From the NCBI GenBank assembly GCA_043228905.1, contig JBHGNT010000008.1, positions 16,678,001-16,742,000 on the forward strand: DNA of 64,000 nt, in the 5' to 3' direction. The stretch's first letter is position 1; every line of letters starts with the position of its first letter. A model generated the notes under the pieces. It saw nothing but the letters and a program-made list of their open reading frames with translations, had not been told where the DNA came from and ran no database searches. The DNA comes from Azolla caroliniana. Taxonomy: Eukaryota > Plantae > Polypodiophyta. Both the position numbers and the translations under genes were made by a program. Positions 39,490 to 51,449 of this stretch are shown here, in pieces.

Positions 39490-39751
39490 GAAGAGGTCGT
39501 TGCCTCTGTGTATTACTGCCGCCTGTGGCGAAGACAGTGAGCTCAAGGTTGTTGCCTTGTAGCTTCACCATTGTACATCTCTGTCTGTAGTGATAGTTGG
39601 AGTTGGAGGACTCCCGTGGTTTTTCCCATTTAGGGTTTTCCACGTAAAACATCCAGTGTACTCTTCTCTCTATTGTCTTCGTGCACTTTGTATTTCCTGT
39701 TTTCTGTGAGTTAATCCTATTCCTCGGTTGTTGCCGAGCACTGTGGTAACA
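34237..39751 (+). mobile_element. Intact Ty1/Copia element B (LTRs 34237-34949 and 39064-39751) nested in Copia A
   Basis: TSD AGTAC on both sides, PBS TGGTATCAGAGC at 34952-34963, PPT GAAGGGGGAG, and near-identical LTRs. Confidence 0.97.
34980..39053 (+). CDS. Copia Gag-Pol polyprotein (1357 aa from the first ATG after the PBS)
   Basis: Single open frame with CFHCGKPGHFRKNC, protease DSGA, integrase HKRLCH..CTDC, D-DNGGE-E, RT YVDD and RNase H DSDM..DML. Confidence 0.97.
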   Translation: MEGGSSGQPGMMVLNAQNYADWKIKMEDLLIVRDLYEPIDRSEIPKGVLETEWRLLNRKAVATIRQYVDVSVLQHVANDTNAYEMWRKLSGLYERKNALNRTSLMRKIVNLKYRDGESMVEHVSTFMGFVNQLAAIKFPLEDAMQAIILMCTLPESWENLVVTLSTSCTEDNLSLQTVKTSILNEEARRRDKEPASDPKMLLTESDRGRQRNRSPQRREKSGTRSQSRGRPTCFHCGKPGHFRKNCRHYRKDNGADDTDSKKSPERNGAYRGATDRRGPDRRGQDRKGTTALAASEEEIMLITEERELNLAGEEMTWVVDSGASFHLTPEKKYFSSYTAGEHGCVRMGNEGTCRIAGIGDVWLMTSTGCKMLLKDVRHVPEVRLNLISVGRLDDEGYTGSIRNGVMKFSKGSLIVAWARKVNTLYLMNAWLCPEELNVAADTAGELWHKRLCHMSEKGMKRLAEDNLIPVKHVHLEKCTDCLAGKQNRTSFHSRPPTRRSAPLELVHTDVCQVETKSHGGAQYFVTFIDDHSRKLWTAPLKTKDQVLCIFEELHARVERESGKKLKAIRADNGGEYRGQFAEYCRSKGIRLEFTVPKTPELNGLAERMNRTIMERVRSMLAHAKLPKGFWAEAMSTATYVINRSPSVPLDGDTPQRVWTGKEVSYRHLKVFGCLVYVHVAKDRRGKLDPKTRPCIFLGYGNDEFGYRVWDPVDKKILRSRDIIFMEDKTLADWESEKKMKSSKSIGENQLYKEQSRPEGDRLALEDPAEDGEETEPAEEDETDTGTSPDPEMDSDEEETEEPVTEAPERRYPLRERRAPRRFPEPEHVLLTDEGEPESFEEAKLDTHSRRWLSAMQEEMDSLHENHTYELVELPKGKRALRNKWVFKLKPGDAENPPRYKARIVVKGFQQKKGVDFDEIFAPVVKMTSIRTVLSIAASMDLEVEQMDVKTAFLHGDLEEEIYMLQPEGFEKKGKGHLVCRLKKSLYGLKQAPRQWYRRFDSFMTDEGYHKTQFDHCVFVKKFEGGDFLILLLYVDDMLIVGRDQVKIRMLKKALHRTFSMKDLGPARQILGMHIIRDRKKKQLWLSQEKYVTKVLHRFNMSEARPVGSPLPANCKLSSKQSPKTKAEKEDMMKVPYASAVGSLMYAMVCTRPDVGYTVGVVSRYMSNPGKEHWNAAKWILRYLKGTTNVCLRFGSGKPELNGFTDSDMSADADTSRSTSGYVMTYAGGAVSWQSRLQKTVALSTTKAEYMAAVEAGKEIIWMKDFIRELGIRQEEYRLYCDSQSAIHLAKNAAYHSRTKHIQRRYHWIRERIEDKEFVLTKIHTDENGSDMLTKVLTPDKLEACRKRVGLERHPMPK

Positions 39752-42625
39752 AGTACCTCTCCAGGGGTTGCGACAATCTCTCGTATCTTCGAGGTATGAA
39801 TGGACTAGGCACATCAGGTATTGAGTTTGGATGGTCCAGAGCCGAACCATTCGGCTCTTCCGAGTCTAGCGTTATCGAGTCAGGGCTTGAGGATTCGGCT
39901 ACCCATGAAGTTGATCTCATGTTATGGGTTGGGCCTTCGTGAAGGGCCGGCACTTCGGAAAAGTTACCCTTCCGACTTCAATAAGCCTTCGACCCTCTTA
40001 TGCATAATCTACTCATTGAACACAACGTCCAAACTTCGGATGATCTGTCTGTGTTCGGGATTCCAGAGTCGGTAGTTGATTGTGTCGTCTGGTCCATAAC
40101 CAAGGAAGAGACATTTCCTGGATCTTGGTGCAAGTTTGCGGCGATCGTCTTTCGGTATGAGCATACGCCTCACACCGAAAAATCCTCAATTTGTCGTAAT
40201 TCAACTTACTACCAGTCCATAATTCCGGAGGTATTCAAAGTCCTAGAGGCCTACTAGACAAAATATTGTTTATGTGTATTGTTGTAAGTAGGGCCTCTAC
40301 CCATAAGCCATCTGACAGTCTAGAGCGTTGGAGCATGGATATTATCCTTTCCTAAATTTTCTGACTCATCTGCTCGGCAATTCCATTCTGCTCTGGACTA
40401 TTCACGTCGAATGCCATGTTGTCGGCAAAATTTGACGAATTCTTCAGATTTGAATTGTCCTCCATTATCAATTCGAAGGCATTTTAGGTTTCGACCGTTC
40501 TGGTTTCCTATCATAGCAAGCCATTCGGAAAAAATTGAGAACACATGATCTTTGGTTTTGATCAGATGAGCCCACACCTTGTGAGTCAAGTCTTTGATAA
40601 AGCTGATGAAGTACAAAGCACTGCCGAGAGACTGATGTGGCATAGGACCACAAACATCCGAGGGGACCAAATCGAGTGGACTCGATTCCCTCGGTGTTGA
40701 TGTCGAGTGTGATGCAGCTATCTATTTGCCGTACTAGCAATGCTCGTAGAACTAATGATCGGAGAAGGAGAGTTTGGGGATGTACCCAGCTCGAGATAGA
40801 AGCATAATGCCAGTCTTGCTGAGGTGTCTGAGTCTTCCATGCCATAGTGAAGACACGGGAATGTCAACCAAGAACAAGTTACCCTCTCTGAGTGTGACGT
40901 ATAGCGAGTATAACGCATGTACTTTCGGTCCTCAAGCAAGCAAGAGGTTCCCCCTATGGAGTGTCCACCCTCCTGATGAGAAGTCAGCACAGATGTCGTC
41001 TTCATCAAGCTATCTAACTAAGATCAATGGTCTTGAGAGCTCAGGTGCATGTCGAACATTGTGTAGTATCAATGTAGAACCACCCGAAAGGTTGTGAACA
41101 GAACTTCTGATTCAACTGGGTCCTCAATAGATAGTATATTCAGGTCGTTCAACAATACTTCAGTTGAAGAGCCGATGTAATTGACCTCCTCATGTCGGCC
41201 ACTCTTCTGATCCGCTCGCTGAGTTTTGTTGTTTTTTGCTTTGAGTGTGTGGTAATCGGCTTTGATGTGTCCGAGTTTCTTGCAATAATTCCAGACTCGA
41301 TTGTCACAGGATTTGCTCCGACTTCGTTGGTTATTTGGCTATCGTGAAGAGCTTCTTCCTCGACTGTTTGATCAGTCGCTCGAACCTTGTAGCACATAAC
41401 CATCGTTGGGTGAATCGTTTGCAAATGATTTCCTCCAAGCTGCTTCAGCCAGAATTGCACTCATGACTGAGGAGTATTTGGTGGTAGCAATCGATGTGTT
41501 GCACACAGTAGAGATAGAAGTTTCCCGCGAAGGGAGGGAACTGCTCATGAGCAACATTGCTCTCAGTTCAGATGTGCCTGGACTGAGTCAAATTCTTTTA
41601 TCCGAAGGTTGTAAAGGCACCGAATCAGATATATCTTTGTGGTGGCAACCTTCTGTTCATAAGTGTCCGAAGTGTCTTCCATAGTTGGAAGACAGTCGAA
41701 CACGATTGCACCGTGAAGTACACAGACTCCAACAGGTGCATCTGAATGATGGCGCAGACTATTTTGTCCAACTTCTGCCACTCAATCGGCATGTATCCTT
41801 CTGGAGGATTTTCGTTTTTGATGGGGTCAATTTGCCCCTTGACTATTAGATAGTCTTGCATCTGCTCCTTCCAGAAGTTGAAGTTCGATCCGTCAAGCTT
41901 CCTTAAACAAACGGTGGTGGAATGCAACCGATTGGCTCACCTGATATTGTTCTAGTCGGATTCGAACACGAGTCGAATCGATTTCGATTGATTGACGGAT
42001 TCTATCCGAAGCGGTTACAATCAATTGACTTAGCCGAATTGGGCACGAATGTGCCGATTAGGCAATTGGATTTTGAATGCCGATTTCAGGAAAAATACCA
42101 ATCACAGATTATATGCCAATTGTCCAGATCAATCTTGCTTCAAATGGCTACGACGTTGAGAGGGACGGAGCCAACTGGTCCTCTTGAATGTTGTCTAGTC
42201 GAATGAAGCACCGATAGGAGTTGTTCCTAGAACAATATCTGCTTTGAGTGATTACGACAAGCAAATAGATTGTGTCTAACATGGTAAAGCACGATCTTGA
42301 AGGCCAATTTGATGGAGATTCCACTCTAAGTGCCTGCAATCACAGAAGCAAGGTACAGTTAACTAACTTACCTTAGGAGTGATATAGCGAAGTAGAGTGT
42401 GAATCTTCAATTTTCTTTCTCTCCTCTATATGAGATCTCAAACTCAGGTTCCTCAAAGGAGACGAAGCAAGAATTTTGTTGAGAACTGATGACGGTTGGC
42501 AGTGAGTGGAAGAACCTTTGCTCTTATACCAGATGTTGGCAACTGAGGACATCAGTGCGAAAACATAAACAACACTTTGTGATGAAGATTAATGAGTACA
42601 CAGTATGAAGGCAAGATCAGAGAAC

Positions 42626-42678
<53 letters not shown>

Positions 42679-42881
42679 AAATTGAGGCACACCAGAAGAA
42701 CTGTATTATCCAAGCTCTCTCAATAATGACGACAACCTTAACAACTAGATTACAAAGCCCATTATATACTAAATGAGCTAGGGCAACTGCCCTTTCACAT
42801 ATTTACAAAATTGTCCTAAATCTAGTTGGTCGAAGATACAATCTTGAATACAGCCATTATAGACCAGTATTCGACAGTAAC

Positions 42882-43615
42882 TTCTTTGCCGGTTACTGGC
42901 CACTCCAAAATCAATTCAAATGGAATATTGGTGGCCCATCAATGGTGAGCACAATTCATTTACAACCACTAGATAATCCTAAATTGAATAATCTAGTTCG
43001 TCCACGACAAAGAGATATTTACATGGGACCAAGAATATTGCATGTTGAAGAGGCAAGATGGCAAGGCAATCTACATGAGCTACAAGTTGGTATGTTGCTT
43101 GCAACATTAGTTGGGGGTGATAAGTTGGGCCATCCCTTTTGGATTGCTAAAATCACCGAAATTATTAAGAACGAAGAAGGAAATCAAGTTCAATTCATTG
43201 GTATCATACCTCTTCCCCAAATGCATTTACTGGGAAGTACTCTTTAGACATGGTTAAGGATGTCGAAGGCACAAACAAAAAGCGGAGAAGAAAGAATCTA
43301 CCCATCACATCTACTCTGGCACTTGATAATGTCGACATACTAGTGTATGCCTTCTCCTTGACCAAAACAGGTCATCTAAGATAGACTACAATCAAGATAA
43401 TAAAATAGAAGATCCCATATGTGCCTCCTGATGCAACACAAAGACAAACAAGGAGTATGTCTCATAATCACGGAAACGTTGGATTACAATTGGATGAAGA
43501 CAATGTGTTGCTTGTTAGTGACGATGAGGATGAGACCTCACAGAGCTCTTCTAGTTCATCGAATGGGTTTGAAGGGGAAGGCGTATCTTTGGGAAGTGAT
43601 TGTTCTGATATATGA
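42882..43615 (+). pseudogene. Sola-like transposase copy 2, C-terminal part
   Basis: ARWQGNLHELQVGMLLATL..GHPFWIAKI matches the copy-1 ORF at 4432-5037. Confidence 0.85.
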
Positions 43616-43891
43616 AATGTAAATATTGTATTTTATATCAAGATGGTGATTCACGAATATGCATAAATATAGGTGGTAGTCCTTTTGTAAATTTTGTACA
43701 TTCTTTTGTAAGTTTCATGTGTCGATTATTTAGGCTTTTTTGGAAAGCCCTAAATTTTTGGACACAGTATGAATCATTATATTTTTGTTCAATTTTCGAA
43801 AACCTTTATGCATGCAGTACCCCTTTTTGTGAAACGGCCTAGTTTGTGCCTTTTCTTTACGGACGTTTTTTAAAATGTGACATATTACCTA

Positions 43892-44537
43892 CATAGATTG
43901 ACATATTCGCATTCGTCGGGTTTCCCATTCGAATGCAAACGAATACGAATACGAATGGGCGGTCAAGTATTCATTTAACTTTAAAAAAAACAAAAAAAAC
44001 TTTGTCTATTTTAATTTTCTAGGATAAAAAAAACGAGCTTAAACAATAAATAGGGATAATAAAAGAGAGACTTGGGGATTTGTCATTATTAAATTTTTAT
44101 AATAAATGTATAACTTATAAATTATAAGTATTTATTTTATTTTTAATAAATAAAATAAAAGCTCATTAATTTCTCACTTTTTATTCCCTCAAAATTTATG
44201 GATATTTTTATTTTGACATTAAAAATAGTACTTCAAACTAATCATATATTCAAAGTTTATACTAATCATATTTGTATAGTAAATATAAAAATATTCATTT
44301 TTTAAAAATTGATTAATTAAAATAAGTTTCATAAACTCTCTTGACACTATAATTTATTAATGAATAATTGTTCTTTTTTTGGTAAAATAAATTTAATTAA
44401 ATAAATAAATAAATATTTTATATCTATTTTACAGAACGAATGGTTTTTTAATATTCTTAGGGCCATTTCATATTCTCGAATATAGAGAATATTGCGCATG
44501 GAGAATATCACGAATATCACGCATGTGTCAATCTATG
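43892..44537. mobile_element. hAT-type MITE (646 bp) inserted inside the TIR of copy 2
   Basis: TIR CATAGATTGACA/TGTCAATCTATG and 8-bp TSD ATTACCTA (43884-43891, 44538-44545). The interior is AT-rich and non-coding. Confidence 0.92.
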
Positions 44538-44564
44538 ATTACCTATTTCAAATGACCCGGTGTT
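44538..44564. repeat. Terminal part of the transposase-side TIR of copy 2
   Basis: GACATATTACCTA[MITE]TTTCAAATGACCCGGTGTT matches the copy-1 TIR. Confidence 0.9.
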
Positions 44565-45567
44565 GCTCGTTTATTATGCATCTAGAACGGGTGAAGTATG
44601 AGAAGAGAATGACGAAATGAACAGAATTGGAAGTGCCTGAGGATTCCAAAACCTTCAAAAAAGAAATTGCATAAAACTGACCCTTTTCATTCATTGCATT
44701 ATAGTGTATTTAATAGGGAAGGGGTAATATGTTAAACATATTACCCAAGAGGCACTATACTTTATTGACCGCGGACATTTCGTATGAATTCTGGATCACG
44801 GGATCCATGTATGATGATTTGTTGTATAAATATCCCCAGATTGAGAAAATGGTGAAAGCCTTCGCAGAATTGACCCTTCCACCATTTGTATCGGATTGTC
44901 ATATTCTCAACATGGGGCAATCATTATTGGTCACAACTACATTGAAGTCTAGATGTCATGCGACGGAGCATATGCATTGGTAAGCTATATTTGCTTTCAT
45001 TTACAACTTCACATGTTGTTTTCATATGATGTATAATGTTTTATTTACATGAATGTATGATGTTAATAGGATTAAAACGAATATCACATATAGTCCGGGA
45101 GATCAGATGGTCAGTGTCGTAGAACATCTTTGTGTGGGGTACTATGATGCGATTACAAAGAAGAAAGTTTGGGCACACATAAATGAGAGAAATGTTGTTA
45201 ACTATATCATGTGCCCAACAGTAACAAAGAAGCTTTCCCATGTATCTGGCGATAAGAGCTTGGTGAACCCCTACCAAAAGCCACAAAGACTGATCAATCG
45301 GCTGATCGAGCTATTCTCTAACCCAAAGACTAGGTTTTAGATTTATTCTCTGGCACAAGTATATAATATAAGACTTATATCATTAATTTGGATTAATGTA
45401 GAATGCATCATTTAGATGTTTTAAACATGTGCAATTTCATTTAACTTTCAGGTACTACTACAATATGTGCATTGAAGGTGTTCAGGAATTGCGTTGCTTT
45501 GGAGAAGGACCCTGAGCAAGTGAACTTCATCAAATTGAGGATCCAAGGTATCTGGGATTGTCCCGAT

Positions 45568-48500
45568 CATAGTACATAAAATTCGTGTTCGTCAGCTATA
45601 TCATTCGTTTTCCTATGTTGGAAAACAAACATGAATGATATTCAAATATTTGTGTGTGTGTGTTTTTTTTATTTTCCCTCTTTTTCCTCCTTTTCCCCCT
45701 TTTCCTCTACACATCAACACTATGCTCTCCTCTCCTCTCCCATCTAGCCTTGAACAATCTGTTGCTTGAACCTTGAGCTTGCATCGTGCACATTAGTCAC
45801 TAGTGAGTCAGTGACTACACATCTTCCCCCGGCCATTAATTTCTCCATACCAACGAGATTCAGGTATGTTTAGGGTTAATAATAGAGTTTAAAGTTGTTT
45901 AAACTTTAGGTCATAGTATGTACTACGTAATATGTGCTATGTAGTACAAAAATTTCTGTAGTTTTTTTGTAATGATTTTTGTAACTTTTTGTAATTTTTG
46001 TAATTTCTCTCTAATTTCTGTAATTTCGTTGTAATTTCTGTAATTTCTTTGTAATTTCTATCATTTCTGTAGTTTCTTTATAATTTTTGTAATTTCTTTG
46101 TTATTTCTATCATTTTTCTTTTATTTGCTCTATAATTTCTGTAATCTTTCTATAAAGCTTGTAATTGTTTAAACTTTTCTATAATTTCTATCATTTTGAA
46201 GTAATTCGTGTAATGTCTATACACACATACTAAGCTATGTAGTACAAAATTTATACGCACAAAAATTACAATAAATAGATTTTGACATTTACGTTTTACA
46301 TTAATTTAGGAACTAATGGGTAGACAAAAAGGCCTAGACTGGGAACATGTTCTAATTCAAGTAAAGAATGCAAAAGGAACACATTTGATGAAATGCAAAT
46401 ATTGTAATCATGTCTTTGTTGGTGGCCCTCATCGAATTAGTGCCCATATATTGGGAATAAGAGGACAAGGTGTAGAAAAATGCACAAAAGCAAGTGATAT
46501 TGTGAGGAGTCAATTGAGAAATGCAATGGTTCATGGAAATGATCACTTGGATTAAGATGTACAAACAGATGCAAATGGTAATACTATTGTTAATGCTAAT
46601 GCAGATGTGTCTACAGATGCCTCTATTTCTAGTTCCATTTCAATGAATAAAATGTGTTACCTCGTACGAGATGTACGGAGAGTCAAGTGTGATGAGCGAG
46701 GGTCGAATGTGGTTCGCTCCCAATGTCTTTTGAATTGGCATTGAGGAAACAAGCAGAAGAGGCTATTGCAAGATTTTTTTATGCGGAAGATATTGCACAT
46801 CGAAAAGTGGAAAGCTCATTTTTCCATGATATGCTTATGGTGTTTCAAAAGTGAGTCCTTCATTTAAAGCACCTTCTGCTTATCAATTGCGTAAGAAATA
46901 TCTAAATGGAGAAGTTGTAAATGTTGAGCATGATCTTATATTGTTGAAAGAGAGTTGGAAGACATATGGATGCACTATTGTTAGTGATGGTTGGTCAGAC
47001 ACTAGAAATAGACCAATTATTAATGTTTAGCTTCTTCGCTACATGGCACAATGTTCTTGAAATGAATAGATACAAGTGGTCATGTCAAGAGAGGTGAATA
47101 CATATTTAAAATTTTGAAGGATGTTATTCTTGAAGTTGGACCATCAAATGTTGTTCAAGTTTGTATGGATAATGTTGCAAATTGTGTGGTTGCAGAACAT
47201 ATGATAGAAAAGGAGTGGTCATCTATAATTTACACTAGATGCACTTGCCATTGCGTTGATATTGCCAAATGTGCTTGGATTGATGCCATTTTGCGATCAA
47301 CTATGAAGATTAGTGGTTTCATAACTAGAAAACAATATGCTTTGGCCATGTTTCACAAGTTTAGTGGAAAAGACTTGCTTAAACCTTCTACGACTAAGTT
47401 TTCTTACAGTTTTATTGTGTTATCGAATTTGTTGGATGATAAAGTATATGGTGGTTTGAGAAGAATGGTGGTTAGTGAACAATGGTGCAATTGGAATGGT
47501 GCCAAAACAAAGAAAGTAGAAGAGATGGTTTTAATTGTATTGGATGCTAACTTTTGGGTAGATGTAAAGATGATTGTGAAGGTATGCAAACCAATTTTAA
47601 AGCTTCTTCGTTTGACTAATAGGGAAGGTGCTACAATGGGATTGATTTATCAATTTAAACAACAAATGTTGATGGATATAAACAATACGACAGAAATTGA
47701 TCCTATGAAGCTTGATGAAATAAAAGAGTGTTGCATACATAGACTAACAATGTTGGAATCGCCATTGCATGCAGCGGGATATGTCTTGCATCCATTATGG
47801 ACATCAAATGGTCAAGAAATAGATCATGATTTACAAATGGGTTGGATGAAAACAATCATGCTTTATGCTAGTGGTAATATAGTTTTACAAAATGCTTTGT
47901 TAGATGAGTTTTATGCATATAGAAAACAAGCATCAGATTTGTTTCAAGTTCCATTTGCAAAGGATGCTAATAGATTAACCACACCAATCAAATAGTGGGA
48001 AACATTTGGAGCAAGCACTCCCAATTTGATGAAACTTGCAATTAGAGTATTATCTCAAGGTACAAGTGCATCGTCTTGTGAAAGGAATTGGAGTACATCT
48101 TCATTAATACATACTAAAAGGAGAAATAGATTGAGTTCAAATCATGTGCAAAAATTGGTTTTTTTGCACACAAATCTTCGTATTCTTAAGAAGATTAAAG
48201 AAAGAGGTTTCGATCCTATTGAGGTTACTATTGACATGATTGAGAAAGAAAATGATGAAGAACGGTTATTGGTGTTGCAAAGTAAACAATAAGCACAAGA
48301 AGTTGATGAAAATGAGAGCCTCACCAATGTGATGGTTTATCTTGATGATAATGCACAAGATGAGCATGATGATTTTGAAGTTGAAGATATCACCTTGAAT
48401 GAAGATTAGGAATGTTAATTTTAATGTAACACCTCATTGAGAATTTTTTTGAAGACTAGGCATTTTGCATAGTTGTTATTAGAATTTACGAAAAAAGGCA

Positions 48501-48695
48501 TATTGTTATTAAGAAGGTAATGTGTTCTTTTTAGCAATTTTTAAAAAAAATTACCTTGAAAAAATATTTATCTTATAGTAAATCATTTATCCAAAAGTAT
48601 GGTATTTATCATTCTTCGAGGGTGTTTACCATTCTCGAATGATTGAATCATTCTCGAACACGAATGCGCAAATGGTACGTATGGTTCATACTATG
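45568..48695 (+). mobile_element. hAT DNA transposon (3128 bp)
   Basis: Ends CATAGTA.../...TACTATG, with 8-bp TSD GTCCCGAT/GTCCCAAT. Confidence 0.9.
46316..48409 (+). pseudogene. hAT transposase with BED zinc finger, disrupted
   Basis: WEHV..MKCKYC..HRISAH (BED), CTIVSDGWSD, VQVCMDN, CTCHC, LHAAGYVLHP and SASSCERNWS..HTKRRNRL (dimerisation domain), with stops and frameshifts. Confidence 0.92.
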
Positions 48696-49802
48696 GTCCC
48701 AATCAAGACCAAGAAGTCGGAGCAAAACATATCAATGAAATAGAGATGTTCCAGATGACTTTGAGAGAACCAATGGAACCAATTGATGATGAAGCATTTG
48801 GTTCTTGTAGACTTAGAAGACGTACTAGAGTCTGAACATAATCATGGTTGTGTTGCGCATACTGAAGAAGCCAACGAGGGTAATCTTGAACAAAGAGCAG
48901 ATCATCAAGAGCCTCTGTTACCGGAATTATTGTTAGATTAATATTTTTATGCATATGACTTTTGAACATTGACTAATTGTAAAAGTCTCCTTTAACATAT
49001 CATTTGATTTTTTGGATAAAGCAGTGTCTGGCTAATGGACTTCAATTTGAGTTTAATTAGTATGTGTACATGTTGGCCGCTTTGGTCCCCATTCTTGTTT
49101 CCCAGGGTATTGGTGAATCTAAATTTATTGTCCAGCTAATGAACTTAAAGTTTGAGTTTAATTAGTATGTGTATATGTTTCCTCCATACTTGTTTGGGGT
49201 AATCTTGAATCTAAATTTATACTTTGACATATGTTATAAATGGCAAGTTATTGTGTATGGGTTCGTTGCACATCAGAAGTATCATGTGTCATGTGTCATA
49301 TTTTATTGGAATAATTTTCTCAACGTATTTGTATCTCGTAGTTGCAACCCTCATAGTTTCTTTTAAGATGTCTTAAATATAAATATACGGACAAAATTAG
49401 TAGAAGGCACTTATTTAGTGGGGTGTGATTACAAAAAGGCACATATTTAGAGGGGTGTGATTTTCATATTATGTAAAATGAAGTCACAAAATTAACGAAA
49501 GTTGATTATTTAGTAGGGTACGATTTTCATATAATGTAAGTGATTGGTAGTACAATTATACTTGCATTGACTTCTAGACCTTATGTAAGAATTTGATAAT
49601 AATTTGGTTGGGAGAATATGAGACTATTGCTTCTGTGGTCGTGATATTATTTAGTTCTAAAATTTGCTAAGTTTTGATCAACCATGTACATGCATGCATC
49701 GTACCTTATTGAAAGACTCTTAAAATAAGGTATTTTTTAACCCTAAATTGAAATGTCAAAAAGAGAATGTGACATATTGCCTGTTTCAAAGGACCTGGTG
49801 TT

Positions 49803-51150
49803 CAAACGAATCTTCGAAGAATGAGGCATTTCCCCTAATGTCCACACCTTCTAAAATAAAACCATAAAAGGTCCCTTCAACTTGATCACATATTTCTTAA
49901 AGAGTTCATTTGTTAATCCATCCCACCTAGGACTCTTATCATTAGCAAGATGTGACATGACATATTCTACGGTCCACCTCATCCTCTGAAATATTAGCAT
50001 CTAATGATTGTGCCACATCATGCGATACATGATTTTTCACTCCATTAAAAAATACATATCTATCCCTTTTAGCATTATTATCGATACACAATTGTGTATA
50101 ATATTCTATGCATTTCTTCACAATTTCTTGAGGATCAGAACACATGATACCATTTTCCTCTAACCTTACCACATTATGGCGTGCATGTGATTCGTGAAGG
50201 TCATGAAAAAACTTATGTGATTGACAATTAGCATCCTCCACTTCTTGTCTTAGACAATAGTCTAGCATGTTGATCATTTTTCACCGTAAGATAATGCATC
50301 AGGAAAAATAATACCTATTGATAACCCCTCAACTCTACATTTGTTGCCCAATAAGTTAACAATGAGTTGCATTTATCAAGCAAATTAACTGGGAAAATTA
50401 ATTTCTTTCTCTTTCTAAAGGCATGGTGAATTCCATAATACCTAGTTAACCTTTAAACATTTACAACAAATACTTCCCACACTTCATACCTATCAAATTG
50501 AACACAATAAGCAAATGCATCAATCAATTGACACATATAGGCATGGAAGACCTCATGATCAAAAAATGTGGAATTGAAAATCAACGGTGGTTTTGCTAAA
50601 AACTCTTGAAAAGCTCTAATTGAGTGGTGAGTGAATTCAAAAATTAATGGGAAATGATTTGATATAATTGACCTATAAGACACTAAAATATCCAAAATCT
50701 TTGGTAAAAACCCGTCGGTATGCATTACATACATTCGATCCAACCTACTCCAAGTATCCTTATATTGAACCGATTGAAAGGTATAACCTAGTTCATCTCC
50801 CTCAATCCATTTCCATACATCTCTTGACATGACTTCAATCTCAAAGTCTCCCCGTTCTTGAGCCTTTGGTTCATCCTTAATAGAGTGGAACGATGTTGAT
50901 TGATCTATCTCACAACAAACATTAAAATCTCCCATCAATAAACCCGGTCTACCATTGTCAAGCATCGAGTTTAGAGATCTCCATAACAACTTTCGTTCTT
51001 GTGAAACATTCGATGCATACACACCAACTAACAAAAGAACTTGCCCTTCATAACATATCTCAACCACGATCACTTTTGGATGAAATTTATCTCTTATAAA
51101 CATGGCAATCCCAGAATAATCCCCATGAACAGTGCCAGCTTAACATAGTG
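49803..51150 (-). mobile_element. LINE (L1/Tx1-like) ORF2 remnant: APE endonuclease to the start of the RT region, cut by copy 3
   Basis: LVGVYASN, LMGDFN, GYTF..WSRLDRMY, SNHFPL, then KSPRWDGLTNE. Confidence 0.8.
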
Positions 51151-51380
51151 TATAACTAATTAATCCAACATTACGATGATTAATCAATCTCGAACTTTCT
51201 TTTTATCGTAATTAGCTTACCTTAGTGGTAAGTCGTTTACACTACTAGCCCTACATCTTGGGTTTGAAACCCAATTTTCTCACCTCTCTATTAGACCATA
51301 TATATCTCTATTTCATTAAATGCCACTCTAGAATGTAGGGGTTGAACCCATGACCACTTGGTCTCCATTGGGCAACCTTA

Positions 51381-51384
<4 letters not shown>

Positions 51385-51443
<59 letters not shown>
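51385..51443. repeat. (CT)n microsatellite
   Basis: Seen directly. Confidence 0.95.

Positions 51444-51449
<6 letters not shown>

Larger units (their letters stand above)
32121..42876 (-). mobile_element. Degenerate Ty1/Copia element A (LTRs 32121-32435 and 42534-42876)
   Basis: TSD GTAAC at 32116-32120 and 42877-42881, Met-type PBS TGGTATAAGAGC, and a PPT next to 32435. Broken gag (about 41927-41400), integrase (about 40670-40000) and RT/RNase H (about 34200-32791) remain. Confidence 0.92.
44565..48941 (+). pseudogene. Methyltransferase 3' half, copy 3 (exons to 44979, 45070-45358, 45452-45567, then 48704-48941 after the hAT insertion)
   Basis: LLTADISY, MHW|IKTN, VNPYQKPQRLINRLIELFSNP, VLDLFSGT|STTTICALKVFRNCVALEKDPEQVNFIKLRI. 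The acidic tail EPLLPELLLD* matches copy 1 EPALPDLLID*. Confidence 0.85.
44565..49802 (+). mobile_element. Right arm of ParB-MTase transposon copy 3
   Basis: It starts abruptly mid-exon after the copy-2 TIR and ends with TIR GACATATTGCCTGTTTCAAAGGACCTGGTGTT at 49771-49802. The subterminal region is homologous to 10800-10931. Confidence 0.88.
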
